DNA of 64,000 nt from an uncultured Chloroflexia bacterium (GTDB lineage Bacteria; Chloroflexota; Limnocylindria; Limnocylindrales; CSP1-4), in the NCBI GenBank assembly GCA_963752475.1, contig CAVVYR010000008.1:128001-192000 (forward strand), read 5' to 3'. Made by a program: the position numbers and the translations under genes. How positions within the stretch are numbered: position 1 is the stretch's first letter; the number at the start of each line of letters is the position of its first letter. Shown here piece after piece: positions 37,937 to 47,988 of this stretch. The notes under the pieces were generated by a model. It searched no databases. It had not been told where the DNA came from and saw nothing but the letters and a program-made list of their open reading frames with translations.

Positions 37937-38697
37937 GCGACGAGCGAGAAAAGCTCTGGATGGATGCCCGGGGCACCCGCCACCATCAGCTTGCCGTTGT
38001 TCGCGTCGGGTCCCGAGATCGTGGCGCCGGCCTCGCGAGCGACGATCTCGCCGGCGGCGAAGTCCCAGTACTGCATGTTGCGTTGGTAGAAGCCGTCGAG
38101 CCGTCCACAACCGACCCAGCAGAAGTTGAGCGCGGCGGAGCCCATGCAGCGGATGTCCCGAACGGCCGGCAGGAGTCGCCTCACGTACTCGGCCTCCATG
38201 GCGCGGCCCTCGGGCGTGTACATGAACCCGGTCCCGACGAGCGCGGCCGAGAGCTCCGTGGTCGCGCGCGGCTCGATGGCCACGCCGTCGAGCCGCGCGC
38301 CCTCTCCTCGAGCGGCGCTGAAGGTGTCGCCGCGGAGCACATCGACGACTGCGCCGGCGGCGGTCTCCCCATGGACGGTCGCTGCGATAGAGACGCTCAC
38401 CACGGGCAAGTCGTAGGTGAGATTGACGGTCCCGTCGATCGGATCGACGACCCAGCCGATGCCGGATGAGCCAACGATCTCGCCACCCTCCTCGCCCAGC
38501 ACTGATGAGTGCGATGCTCGACGGGCGAGGACCACTCGGATCACCCGCTCCACGGCGACATCGAGTGCGGTAACGGGGTCGGTCGGGGTGGACTTGACGG
38601 TCACCGGTCCCAGGTCGCCGGCGGAGGCGCGCACGAGCCGCGCGCCCTCGGAGGCCGCCTCGACGGCGATAGCCTCCAGCTCGCTGGGGGTGAGCAC
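37933..38697 (-). CDS. Inositol monophosphatase family protein
   Basis: LGEEG, WVVDPIDGTVN, GSAAL, WDFAAG. Confidence 0.9.
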   Translation of the reverse strand: MLTPSELEAIAVEAASEGARLVRASAGDLGPVTVKSTPTDPVTALDVAVERVIRVVLARRASHSSVLGEEGGEIVGSSGIGWVVDPIDGTVNLTYDLPVVSVSIAATVHGETAAGAVVDVLRGDTFSAARGEGARLDGVAIEPRATTELSAALVGTGFMYTPEGRAMEAEYVRRLLPAVRDIRCMGSAALNFCWVGCGRLDGFYQRNMQYWDFAAGEIVAREAGATISGPDANNGKLMVAGAPGIHPELFSLVA

Positions 38698-38703
38698 GAA
38701 CTG

Positions 38704-39519
38704 TCAGGCCCGGACGACTCGAGGGCCTTGCTCCTCGATCCGCGATGCGGTCGTGTCGTCCATGCCGCTGTCGCTGTAGACGATATCGACCTCGTCGATC
38801 TCAGCGAAGCGGAACAGCTGGTCGTTCGAGACCTTGGAGTGGTCAAACATCATCACGACCCTTCGTGCGCACGCCATCATCGCGCGCTTGATGGCGACCT
38901 CGGCGCGATACGGCGTCGTGTAGCCGCTTTCGGGCGACATCCCGTCACAGCCGAAGAACAGGACGTCGACGCGGATCTCGCCCAGCATCTCTACGCCGGC
39001 CTCGTCGACGAAGGCCATCGTCCGACGCTCGAGCTTGCCTCCGAGCCCGATGACCTTTGGTCGCTCGGTGTTCGCGAGCGACCGCATGATGGGGATGGAG
39101 TTGGTCACGACGACCAGATCACGGTCCCGGTCGAGCAGGTCCGCAAGGTGCAGTGCCGTACTGCCCGAATCGACGATGAGTGTTCCTCGCTCGGGGACCT
39201 CGGCCAGGGCCGCGCGTGCGATTCGTCTCTTCTCCGCGATCATGTGCTCTTCGCGCACGGCCAACTTGGGGACGAGCATCGATCCACGCCATGGCACCGC
39301 ACCGCCGTGCACTCGGCGCACGAGCCTCTCGCGCTGCAGCTCGCTGAGGTCCCGTCTGATGGTTTCGCCGGTGACACCGAACTCGTCGGCTAGATTGCCG
39401 ACGTCGACGCGCCCGCGATCATGGACACGCTTGAGGATCTGCGCCCGCCGTTCGGCCTGGAACAGCGCGCCCGCATCCCGCTGGCGGCCATCGTTCGCGG
39501 GTTCGCCGGCCTGGGTCAT
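38704..39519 (-). CDS. DeoR/GlpR-family transcriptional regulator
   Basis: VTGETIRRDL, RVHGGA, DSGST, VVTNS, DHSK; ATGA overlap with the dehydrogenase stop. Confidence 0.92.
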   Translation of the reverse strand: MTQAGEPANDGRQRDAGALFQAERRAQILKRVHDRGRVDVGNLADEFGVTGETIRRDLSELQRERLVRRVHGGAVPWRGSMLVPKLAVREEHMIAEKRRIARAALAEVPERGTLIVDSGSTALHLADLLDRDRDLVVVTNSIPIMRSLANTERPKVIGLGGKLERRTMAFVDEAGVEMLGEIRVDVLFFGCDGMSPESGYTTPYRAEVAIKRAMMACARRVVMMFDHSKVSNDQLFRFAEIDEVDIVYSDSGMDDTTASRIEEQGPRVVRA

Positions 39520-41000
39520 GGAGCGTCTCGGTCTAGCCACCTCTCGAGCGTGCCATATGTGCCCACGTCGCGGAGCGCCGCGAGTGCGTCGCTGAACGCC
39601 GACACGAACCGTGGGTCGGCGCCCAGTCGCTGACCGAACACGTCGGCGAAGCCCAGGAACGCCGCCGGATCGTCGAGAGAGGCGCGTGCGAACGCCTGGG
39701 CTTCTGCAAGCCTTGGATCGGCCGACAGCGTGATCTCCGAGCCGGCATCATCGGTGCCCAGGAGGTACTGACACCAAGACGCCAGGGCCAGGGCCGAGAG
39801 CTTGATCTGGCCTCCGCGCTCCAACTGTGACTCCACGGTCGGCACCAGGAACTTGGGCCACTTCGAGGTCCCGTCCTGGCAGACCCGCGAGACCTGGTCC
39901 CTGACCTCGGGGTTGGCGAACCGCTGGGCCACCACGCGCTTGTACTCCGGGACGTCCACGCCGCTGACCGGTGGCAGCGACGGTGTCACCTCCTGGTCGT
40001 GGAACTGCTGCAGGTAGCGCGCGAGCGGCGGGTCGGCCATGATCTCGTGGATGTACGCGTGGCCGACCAGCGCGGCCATGTAGGTGATCGTCGAGTGACC
40101 GGCGTTGAGGATGCGCAGCTTCAGCGTCTCGTACGGTCGCACGTCAGACGTCATCAGCACACCCACGTCCTCGTAGGGCGGGCGGCCTGCGGCGAAGTCA
40201 TCCTCGATGACCCACTGGATGAACGGCTCGGCCACGACCGGCCAGCGGTCGACGAGCCCGAGTTCCTCGGCAAGGAAGGAACGATCGGCATCGGTCGTCT
40301 GCGGGGTGATGCGATCCACCATGCTGTTGGGGAACGAGACGTTCTGCGTGACCCAGTCCTCGAGGCCAGGCTCGACCATGGCGCAGATGCCGAGTACAGA
40401 CGTGCGGGCCACGTCGCCGTTGCCCATGACGTTGTCGCAGCTCTGCACGGTCAGGCCCGCAAGGCCCGCGTCGCGCCGGGCCTGGAACGCGCGCGCCAAA
40501 GCGACGAAGGTCGGCGGGAGCTCACCGGCGGACGGAGGTGCGAACTCGCCACTGGACTCGTCGACGGGGTAGCCGCCCTCGGTGATGGTCATCGAGACGA
40601 TGCGCGTCTCCGGCGCCGCGAGACGGGCCACCAACGGCTCGAGGTCACCGGCCGACAGCACGTAGTCGGTGATGGAGCCGATGACCCGAGCGTCCGTACC
40701 GCGTTCGTCGCGGGTGACGAGGGTATAGAGGTGGTCCTGGGCGGCGAGGGACTCCGCCATGCGCGCGTCAGAGGCGAGGACGCCCGCACCGGTGATCGAC
40801 CACTCGCTGACGCCGGCGCGACAGACATCATCAAGGTAGACAGCCTGGTGGGCGCGATGGAACCCACCCACGCCGATGTGGACGATGCCGCGGCCCAGCA
40901 CGCTCCTGTCGTACGCGGGGATGGTGATCCGTGGGTCAAGCCGGCTGAGGCTCTGGGCCGAGAGCTCGAGGCGGCGCCGGCGGCCGTCATCGGCGGTCAT
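39516..41000 (-). CDS. Mannitol/D-arabitol dehydrogenase family protein
   Basis: HIGVGGFHRAHQA, TITEGGY, SCDN, FPNSMVDRITP, EPFIQWVIED, KLRILNAGH. Confidence 0.9.
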   Translation of the reverse strand: MTADDGRRRRLELSAQSLSRLDPRITIPAYDRSVLGRGIVHIGVGGFHRAHQAVYLDDVCRAGVSEWSITGAGVLASDARMAESLAAQDHLYTLVTRDERGTDARVIGSITDYVLSAGDLEPLVARLAAPETRIVSMTITEGGYPVDESSGEFAPPSAGELPPTFVALARAFQARRDAGLAGLTVQSCDNVMGNGDVARTSVLGICAMVEPGLEDWVTQNVSFPNSMVDRITPQTTDADRSFLAEELGLVDRWPVVAEPFIQWVIEDDFAAGRPPYEDVGVLMTSDVRPYETLKLRILNAGHSTITYMAALVGHAYIHEIMADPPLARYLQQFHDQEVTPSLPPVSGVDVPEYKRVVAQRFANPEVRDQVSRVCQDGTSKWPKFLVPTVESQLERGGQIKLSALALASWCQYLLGTDDAGSEITLSADPRLAEAQAFARASLDDPAAFLGFADVFGQRLGADPRFVSAFSDALAALRDVGTYGTLERWLDRDAP

Positions 41001-41071
41001 ACCCGTACCCTACTCCAACACAAACACAGATGAAAAGCCCCAATTCGTTGTGGGTATCTCTGCTTAGCGGG

Positions 41072-41100
41072 TTGCTTTCACAGGACCTTCCAACTAGGAT
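41072..41100 (+). promoter_or_regulatory. Sigma70-type promoter of the polyol ABC operon
   Basis: TTGCTT-N17-TAGGAT in an AT-richer divergent region; AAGGAGG RBS before 41172. Confidence 0.6.
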
Positions 41101-41171
41101 GCAGTCCAGCGTGCATCTTCACGCTCCAGGAGGTTGCGGGCTCACGGCCCGCTTCAAGGAGGATCAGGCCT

Positions 41172-42545
41172 ATGTGGTTCACAAGGAATGCGCGTGGCAA
41201 CGGCCCACGCGTAGCGGCCACTGCGCTGGCGCTCTCGATGGTGGCCTCGACGGCCATCGCGGGATCCGCGCTGGCTCAGGACGAGCGCTCGATCAACGTC
41301 GCCATCGTGGGCAACCCCCAGATGCAGGACATCGCCAGCCTCACGCCGGAGCTGTTCACCGCGGAGACCGGCATCAACGTCAACTACGTGATCCTCGAGG
41401 AGCAGACGCTCCGCGAGATCGTCACCCGCGACGTGGGCGCCGGCGGCGAGCAGTTCGACGTCGTCATGATCGGCATGTTCGAGGCCCCGCAGTTCGGCCG
41501 CAACGGCTGGCTCGTGGACCTCAACGAATTCGCCGAGGGTGACGAGGAGTACATGCTCGACGACATCATCCCCGCGGTCCGCAATGGCCTCTCCTACGAG
41601 GGTGGCCTGTATGCGGCCCCGTTCTACGCCGAATCGTCCTACGTGATGTATCGCAAGGACGTCCTCGACGAGGCTGGGATCGAGATGCCACGCGAGCCAA
41701 CATGGGACGAGGTCGCGGAGATCGCCCGCACCATCGACTCCGATGAGATGTCCGGCATCTGTCTGCGCGGTAAGCCCGGCTGGGGCGACCTGGGCGGGCC
41801 GCTCGGCACGGTCATCAACACCTTCGGGGCGACCTGGTGGCTGGCCGGTGAGAACGACACCATCGGTGAGTCGCAGGTCGACCAGCCCGAGTTCGCGGAA
41901 GCCGTCAATTTCTGGGTCGATCTGCTTGCCGACGCGGGCCAGGAAGACGCCGCCAACGCGAGCTACAACGAGTGCACCCAGCAGATGCTCAACAGTAACT
42001 CGGCCATGTGGTACGACGCGACGGTCGCCGCGGCCAACCTCGAGGCCGACGATAGCCCCATCAAGGGCAAGCTCGGCTACGCGCTGGCTCCGACCAAGCT
42101 GACCGACTCTGCTGGCTGGCTGTGGGCCTGGGCCCTCGCCATCCCCGAGAACGCGCCTGACAAGGAGACGGCCTGGGAGTACATCAGCTGGGCCACCGGG
42201 CCTGAGTACCTGGCCGTGGCTGGCGACCTGCTGCCAGGCGGGTGGGCTACCGTGCCCCCGGGCACACGCGCCTCGCTCTACGAGAACCCCAAGTACCAGG
42301 AAGCCGCGGCATCGTTCGCGGACATCTATCTCGAGGCCATGCAGAAGGCGCCGATCGACATGCCCGGCCTGCAGGAGCGCCCGGGTCTGCCCGGCATCCA
42401 GTTCGTCGGTGTGGCGCAGTTCCAGGACGTCGGTACCCGCTGCACCGAGCAGATCTCGGCGGCCATCGCCGGCAACGTCTCGGTGGACGACGCACTGACC
42501 GCTTGCGATGCGATCGCTTCCGAGGTGGAAGGCGAGGAGTGGTAA
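41172..42545 (+). CDS. Polyol/sugar ABC transporter substrate-binding protein (SmoE/MtlE-like)
   Basis: Signal peptide, NPQM, PFYAESS, GICLRGKPGWG, MWYDATVAA, WLWAWAL. Confidence 0.88.
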   Translation: MWFTRNARGNGPRVAATALALSMVASTAIAGSALAQDERSINVAIVGNPQMQDIASLTPELFTAETGINVNYVILEEQTLREIVTRDVGAGGEQFDVVMIGMFEAPQFGRNGWLVDLNEFAEGDEEYMLDDIIPAVRNGLSYEGGLYAAPFYAESSYVMYRKDVLDEAGIEMPREPTWDEVAEIARTIDSDEMSGICLRGKPGWGDLGGPLGTVINTFGATWWLAGENDTIGESQVDQPEFAEAVNFWVDLLADAGQEDAANASYNECTQQMLNSNSAMWYDATVAAANLEADDSPIKGKLGYALAPTKLTDSAGWLWAWALAIPENAPDKETAWEYISWATGPEYLAVAGDLLPGGWATVPPGTRASLYENPKYQEAAASFADIYLEAMQKAPIDMPGLQERPGLPGIQFVGVAQFQDVGTRCTEQISAAIAGNVSVDDALTACDAIASEVEGEEW

Positions 42546-42599
42546 GGAACCACTAGACTCGCGCTAGGCGAGAAACACGGGTAGGAGGGGCCGACCGTC

Positions 42600-43547
42600 G
42601 TGACCACCAACGCCGAGCCGCAGAACTCCGATCAGGCTGCTCGAGAGCGAGCCGCTGCGATCGCGGAGTTCCAGCGCAAGGACAAGTGGCGCAGGCGCCT
42701 GCCGCTCCTACCCGCTCTGCTGTTCACCATCGTGGTGACGCAGATCCCCTTCCTCTTCAACATCTGGTTCAGCCTGCAGGACTGGAAGATCGTCCCGCCG
42801 CGGGGTCCGGACTTCACCGGGCTGGAGAACTTCACCGAGGGGTACTCCAACACCTTCTTCCTGGACGCGGTCGGGATCTCGATCGGCATGACGACCGCCG
42901 CTGTGCTGCTCTCGCTATTGGTGGGCACGGGGCTGGCGCTGCTGCTGGACCGTCAGTTCTTCGGTCGCGGTATCGCCCGGACGCTGCTCATCACGCCCTT
43001 CCTCATCATGCCCGTGGTCGCCGGCCTGCTGTGGAAGAACCAGATCTTCAGCTCTACCTTCGGCGTACTCAACGCGATCATCGAGCCGCTCGGGATCGAC
43101 GCCATCCCGTTCGTGGAGCGTTACCCGTTCTGGGCCATCGTGGTCGTGCTCGTGTGGCAGTGGTCGCCGTTCATGATGCTCATCATCCTCGCGGGGCTGC
43201 AGGGCCAGCCGACCGACATCCTCGAGGCCGCGCGCGTCGACCGCGCCACCGGCCGGGGGATCTTCACTCAGATCACGCTGCCGATGCTGCGGCCGTATAT
43301 GGAGCTGGGCATCGTCCTCGGCGCCATCTACCTGCTGCAGGTGTTCGACCACATCGACGTCATGACCGGCGGCGGGCCAGGCTCCACCAACGTCCCCTAC
43401 TTCGTCTACCAGCGCTCGATCGGCGGGGGCTGGGACTTCGGACAGGCAGCCGCGTACTCGATCATCGTGGTCATCGCCACCATCATCATCGCCACGATCG
43501 CGCTCCGCGTCCTCTCCAGCCTCTTCCAGCGCCAGGAGACGGCATGA
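42600..43547 (+). CDS. Sugar ABC transporter permease
   Basis: WQWSPFMMLIILAGLQ, EAARVD, MTGGGPG. Confidence 0.9.
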   Translation: MTTNAEPQNSDQAARERAAAIAEFQRKDKWRRRLPLLPALLFTIVVTQIPFLFNIWFSLQDWKIVPPRGPDFTGLENFTEGYSNTFFLDAVGISIGMTTAAVLLSLLVGTGLALLLDRQFFGRGIARTLLITPFLIMPVVAGLLWKNQIFSSTFGVLNAIIEPLGIDAIPFVERYPFWAIVVVLVWQWSPFMMLIILAGLQGQPTDILEAARVDRATGRGIFTQITLPMLRPYMELGIVLGAIYLLQVFDHIDVMTGGGPGSTNVPYFVYQRSIGGGWDFGQAAAYSIIVVIATIIIATIALRVLSSLFQRQETA

Positions 43548-44404
43548 CCCTGACCGCACGCGACAAGCAACTACGCGGCGAATCGCGATGGGGCACGGCC
43601 GCGCTCGGCATCGTGACCTGGCTCGTGGCCGCGCTCTTCTTCTTCCCCATCTTCTGGATGGTGCTCAACAGCTTCAAGACGGAACTGGACGCCAACACCA
43701 CGCCCAAACTCCTCTTCGAGCCCACGCTCGATCGCTGGCAGGCCGTGACCGAGACGATCCCCGGACTACTCAGCTTCAGTGAGGCCTTCTACAACTCGTT
43801 CCTCATCGTCATCGTCTCGACGGTGCTGGTCCTCGTCCTAGCCATCCCGGCCGCCTATGCCCTCTCCATCTACCCCATCGGCAACTGGCGGGACGCGCTC
43901 TTCTTCTTCATCTCGACCAAGTTCCTGCCCATCGTCGCCGCCATCCTGCCGCTGTGGATCATCGCCCGCGAGCTACAGCTGCTCAACACCCACCTCGTGC
44001 TCATCATCCTGTACACGGCCATGAACCTGCCGCTCGCGGTATGGATGCTCAACTCGTTCTTCCGGGAAGTACCCCGTGAACTCATCGAGGCAGCGCAGAT
44101 GGACGGAACCGGCCTGTACGGGCAGATCAAAGACGTGATGCTGCCCATCGTCGCGCCTGGCGTGGCAGCGACGGCGTTGTTGTGCTTCATCTTCGCCTGG
44201 AACGAGTTCTTCCTTGCCGTGCAGCTCAATCCAGTGGAGGGTTCGACCGTACCGGTCTGGGTCAGCACCAATGTGACCACGCGCGGCATGTTCATGGCCA
44301 AGCTGTCGGCGGCCTCCACGCTGGCCATCCTGCCGGTCGTCATCGCCGGCTGGGTCGCGCAGAAGCGGATGATCCGAGGCCTCTCCATGGGTGCAGTCAA
44401 GTAG
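43544..44404 (+). CDS. Sugar ABC transporter permease
   Basis: EAAQMDG, FIFAWNEF; ATGA overlap with the upstream permease. Confidence 0.9.
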   Translation: MTLTARDKQLRGESRWGTAALGIVTWLVAALFFFPIFWMVLNSFKTELDANTTPKLLFEPTLDRWQAVTETIPGLLSFSEAFYNSFLIVIVSTVLVLVLAIPAAYALSIYPIGNWRDALFFFISTKFLPIVAAILPLWIIARELQLLNTHLVLIILYTAMNLPLAVWMLNSFFREVPRELIEAAQMDGTGLYGQIKDVMLPIVAPGVAATALLCFIFAWNEFFLAVQLNPVEGSTVPVWVSTNVTTRGMFMAKLSAASTLAILPVVIAGWVAQKRMIRGLSMGAVK

Positions 44405-44410
44405 GGAGTC

Positions 44411-45508
44411 ATGGCAGAAGTCACGTACCGAGATGCGACCAGGATCTACCCCGGCACCGAGCAGCCGGCGGTCGATCGCCTGAACCTGACCATCGACGAT
44501 GGGGAGTTCCTCGTGCTCGTCGGACCCTCGGGCTCGGGCAAGTCGACGGCGCTGCGCATGCTCGCGGGGCTGGAGGCCTGTGACGAGGGCACGATCCACA
44601 TCGGCGATCGCGACGTCACGCTGGTCCAACCCAAGGACCGCGATGTCGCCATGGTCTTCCAGAGCTACGCGCTCTATCCCCACATGTCCGTGGCCCAGAA
44701 CATCGGCTTCCCGCTCAAGCAGCAGAAGGTGCCCAAGGCGGAACGCGAGAAGCAGGTGCGCGAGGCGGCTCGCATCCTCGACCTGGAGGAATTCCTCGAC
44801 CGCAAGCCCAAGCAGCTGTCCGGCGGCCAGCGCCAGCGCGTGGCCATGGGCCGTGCCATCGTCCGGCACCCGCAGGTCTTCCTCATGGACGAGCCGCTGT
44901 CGAACCTCGACGCCAAGCTGCGCGTGCAAACGCGCGCCGAGCTGGCCGACCTGCAGGCGCGGCTCGGTGTGACGACCGTGTACGTCACGCACGACCAGGT
45001 CGAGGCCATGACCATGGGCCACCGCGTGGCGATCCTCGACTACGGCGTGATGCAGCAGTGCGACACGCCCGGCGAGCTCTATCGCCACCCGGCCAATCTC
45101 TTCGTAGCCGGCTTCATCGGCTCCCCGGCCATGAACCTGCTGCCCACGCACGCCCAGGACGGCTCTGTGGTCCTTGGCTCGCTGAGACCCGATCTCGACT
45201 CGGCCGTGGCTAAGGCCGTCTCGGAGTCCGGCGGCGCCGACCTGACCCTGGGCGTCCGTCCGCAGGGTCTGACGTTGGGCAGCGAGGGCGCCCCGGCAGA
45301 GGTAAAGGTCGTCGAGGAACTGGGATCGGAGACCTTCGTCTTCGCCGAGCTGGAGCATCTTGGCGAGCCCACGCGCATGCGCGTGCGGGTCGATGCCGAC
45401 TACAAGGTCGCCCGGGGTGACAAGACGCATATCGACGTCGTGGGGCAGGTGCACGTCTTCGGCGCCGACGGGCTACGGCTGAAGACGGCCGAGGAGATGG
45501 AGGGCTAG
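44411..45508 (+). CDS. Sugar ABC transporter ATP-binding protein (MalK/UgpC family)
   Basis: GPSGSGKS, LSGGQRQRVAMGRA, MDEPLSNLDAKLR, VTHDQ. Confidence 0.93.
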   Translation: MAEVTYRDATRIYPGTEQPAVDRLNLTIDDGEFLVLVGPSGSGKSTALRMLAGLEACDEGTIHIGDRDVTLVQPKDRDVAMVFQSYALYPHMSVAQNIGFPLKQQKVPKAEREKQVREAARILDLEEFLDRKPKQLSGGQRQRVAMGRAIVRHPQVFLMDEPLSNLDAKLRVQTRAELADLQARLGVTTVYVTHDQVEAMTMGHRVAILDYGVMQQCDTPGELYRHPANLFVAGFIGSPAMNLLPTHAQDGSVVLGSLRPDLDSAVAKAVSESGGADLTLGVRPQGLTLGSEGAPAEVKVVEELGSETFVFAELEHLGEPTRMRVRVDADYKVARGDKTHIDVVGQVHVFGADGLRLKTAEEMEG

Positions 45509-45514
45509 CGATCC

Positions 45515-46327
45515 ATGCCGGCCAGCTACGACCTCTCGGGCTTGGTCGCCTTGGTCACTGGGGCTGGTGGCGACATCGGCCGCACCGTGGCTGTTCGCCT
45601 CGCGCAGGCCGGCGCCGCCGTTGTCCTTACTGACCTGGACCGCGCTGTGGAGGGTCTGGAACGCACACGGACCGCGTGTGCCGCCGCGAGCGACGACGAC
45701 CGTGTCAGCGTCATGCCCGCAGACGTGACCGACACGACGAGCGTGGCGGCCTGCTTCGACGAGGTGGGGTCACGGCTCGGCACGCCCGACCTCGTCTTCA
45801 ACAACGCCGGCGTGCAGGGCGAACTGCTGCCGCTTCAGGACTACCCCATCGAGGACTTCCAGTTCGTGATGGACGTGAACGTCAACGGCATCTTCCATGT
45901 CCTGCTGCAGGCGGCCCAACGTCTGCGACGCGCCGGTAAGCCGGGGTCCATCGTCAACTCGGCCTCCATGGCCGGCGTCGAAGGTGCCGCCAACATGCCC
46001 GCCTACAGTGCCTCCAAGGGCGCGGTCATGAGCCTCACGCGCTCGGCCTCCAAGGACCTGGCTCCACTAGGCATCCGCGTCAACGCCATCTCGCCGGCCT
46101 TCATCGGGGAGGGCCTGATGTGGGATCGCCAAGTCGAGCGGCAGGCGCGAGCGAACTCGCAGTACTACTCCACCGACCCTGCCGTCGTGGCGCAGGAGAT
46201 GATCGGGGCTGTGCCGCTCCGTCGTACCGGCACCCTGGCCGAGGTCGCGGCCACCGTCATCTGGCTCCTCTCTGACGAATCGTCCTACGTCAACGGGCAG
46301 AACGTGATCATCAGCGGCGGGATCTAA
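45515..46327 (+). CDS. Short-chain dehydrogenase, xylitol-dehydrogenase-like
   Basis: TGAGGDIG, NNAG, YSASK. The segment MWDRQVE...SQYYSTDP recalls Gluconobacter oxydans xylitol dehydrogenase (from memory). Confidence 0.8.
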   Translation: MPASYDLSGLVALVTGAGGDIGRTVAVRLAQAGAAVVLTDLDRAVEGLERTRTACAAASDDDRVSVMPADVTDTTSVAACFDEVGSRLGTPDLVFNNAGVQGELLPLQDYPIEDFQFVMDVNVNGIFHVLLQAAQRLRRAGKPGSIVNSASMAGVEGAANMPAYSASKGAVMSLTRSASKDLAPLGIRVNAISPAFIGEGLMWDRQVERQARANSQYYSTDPAVVAQEMIGAVPLRRTGTLAEVAATVIWLLSDESSYVNGQNVIISGGI

Positions 46328-46358
46328 GGCTCCTGCCTAGACCGCCTCCGGTCTCCTC

Positions 46359-46409
46359 CTGCCGGGTGGTGGGCCTCGTAGACATCGGCGAGGCTCTACC
46401 GCCCGGCAG
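46359..46409. terminator. Imperfect ~20-bp hairpin between convergent genes
   Basis: CTGCCGGGTGGTGGGCCTCG ... CGAGGCTCTACCGCCCGGCAG. Confidence 0.45.
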
Positions 46410-46436
46410 CTCCACGTCCTGATCGGGTGCCTGGCG

Positions 46437-47924
46437 CTAGCTGTAGAACGACTTGACGGTCTCCTCGAGGGCGCTGCGCGAGGGCAGTGGACGGTCGCCG
46501 TGGCAACGCTTGAACTTGCGCCCGGAGCCGCAGGTGCAGGCGTCATTTCGTCCACGGGCCGCATCCTCGACCGAGTAGGACAGCATGATCTCAGCAGGTG
46601 GACGGTTCGCCTCGATGAGCGTCTTCATGGCCTCCATCGAGGGCAGCACATGGCGGAAGAAGACCAGGTAGCTGGCACAGAGGTAGTTGTGGCCGGGCTC
46701 TCCGTAGGCATCGTCGCGGAAGCGGTCCTTGGGACAGCCGCCGTGGCAGAGGAAGCGCACGTCGCACTCGAGGCACTGGCGCGGCAGCGTGTCGCGCTTG
46801 TCCAACCCGAAGATCTCCATCTTCGGTGAGGCCACCAGGTCGACCATGTGGGTCTCGTGGATATTGCCCAGCTTGTAGGCGGGCTCCACGAAGTGGTCGC
46901 AGCAGTAGAGGTCCCCGTTGTGCTCCAGCGCCGGGCCGCGGCCGCAGGTCTCGGTATGGATGCACAGGCCCGGAGGCGCACCGACCACGTTCGCGAGCGT
47001 GACGTCGAACATCTGCACGTAGACCGTGCCCACATCGCGCCGCACCCACTCCTCGTAGACATCGACGAGGAACCGCCCGAACTGCTCGGGACCGATGGAG
47101 CGGCTGGTGACGAGGTCGCCCTTCTGCTCGTAGAGTGGGCGAGCCTTGTTGCTGTCACCCCAGCCGGCCTCGGCGATCTCGAGGAGCTCCGGCGTCGCTC
47201 GCTCGATGATGGGGATGAACTGGACGAAGTTGGCACCGACCTCGTCGCGGAAGAAGCGGTAGACCTCCTTGCCGTGATCACCGTTGACGGCGTGGACGGT
47301 GCACAGGATGTTGAACTCCGCGCCGGCCTCCTGCAGCACCCGCGCCGCCGCCATGACCTTCTCGTGCGTGCCCTTCCCGCCCTTGTCCACGCGCTGGGCA
47401 TCGTGGAGCTCGGGCGGGCCGTCCATCGAAAGCCCGATGAGGAAGTCGTGCTCGGCGAAGAACTCGGCCCACTCCGCGTCGATCTTGGTCCCGTTCGTCT
47501 GGAGCGTGTGCTCGATGGCCTGACCCGGCTGCCGATATCTCTCCACCAGCTTCATCGTGTCGCGGAAGAAGTCGAGGCCCATGAGCGACGGCTCGCCGCC
47601 CTGCCAAGCGACGGTCACGCGGTCGGTGCGGTGACCCTCCATCAGCTGGCGGATGTACTGCTCGTGGGTCTCGTCGGTCATGCGGAACCCGCTGCCTGGA
47701 TACAACGCCTCCTTCGAAAGGAAGAAGCAGTAGGTGCAGTCGAGGTTACAGACGGCGCCGGTGGGCTTGACCAGCGTGTGGAAGGCTGGTGGCGCACTCT
47801 GGGGTAGCGGGTCCGGCAGGACGGGCAGCATGCGAGTCCTGGCGCTCTCGTCCGATCCCCCGGCGGCCGACGACGGCAGGCCCGTGACCACATCGCCCCG
47901 CGTGAAGCTTCGGTTCGGGTCCAT
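46437..47924 (-). CDS. Anaerobic sulfatase maturase (radical SAM/SPASM) with C-terminal SEC-C motif
   Basis: KPTGAVCNLDCTYC, WQGGEP, LQTNG, YCCDHFV, CHGGCPKDR, GRNDACTCGSGRKFKRCHG. Confidence 0.92.
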   Translation of the reverse strand: MDPNRSFTRGDVVTGLPSSAAGGSDESARTRMLPVLPDPLPQSAPPAFHTLVKPTGAVCNLDCTYCFFLSKEALYPGSGFRMTDETHEQYIRQLMEGHRTDRVTVAWQGGEPSLMGLDFFRDTMKLVERYRQPGQAIEHTLQTNGTKIDAEWAEFFAEHDFLIGLSMDGPPELHDAQRVDKGGKGTHEKVMAAARVLQEAGAEFNILCTVHAVNGDHGKEVYRFFRDEVGANFVQFIPIIERATPELLEIAEAGWGDSNKARPLYEQKGDLVTSRSIGPEQFGRFLVDVYEEWVRRDVGTVYVQMFDVTLANVVGAPPGLCIHTETCGRGPALEHNGDLYCCDHFVEPAYKLGNIHETHMVDLVASPKMEIFGLDKRDTLPRQCLECDVRFLCHGGCPKDRFRDDAYGEPGHNYLCASYLVFFRHVLPSMEAMKTLIEANRPPAEIMLSYSVEDAARGRNDACTCGSGRKFKRCHGDRPLPSRSALEETVKSFYS

Positions 47925-47988
47925 GCGGGCAAGCCTACAGGCCGCGTACGCTAGCGGCACGAAACCACCTCTCAAGGAGCGTCCGTCC

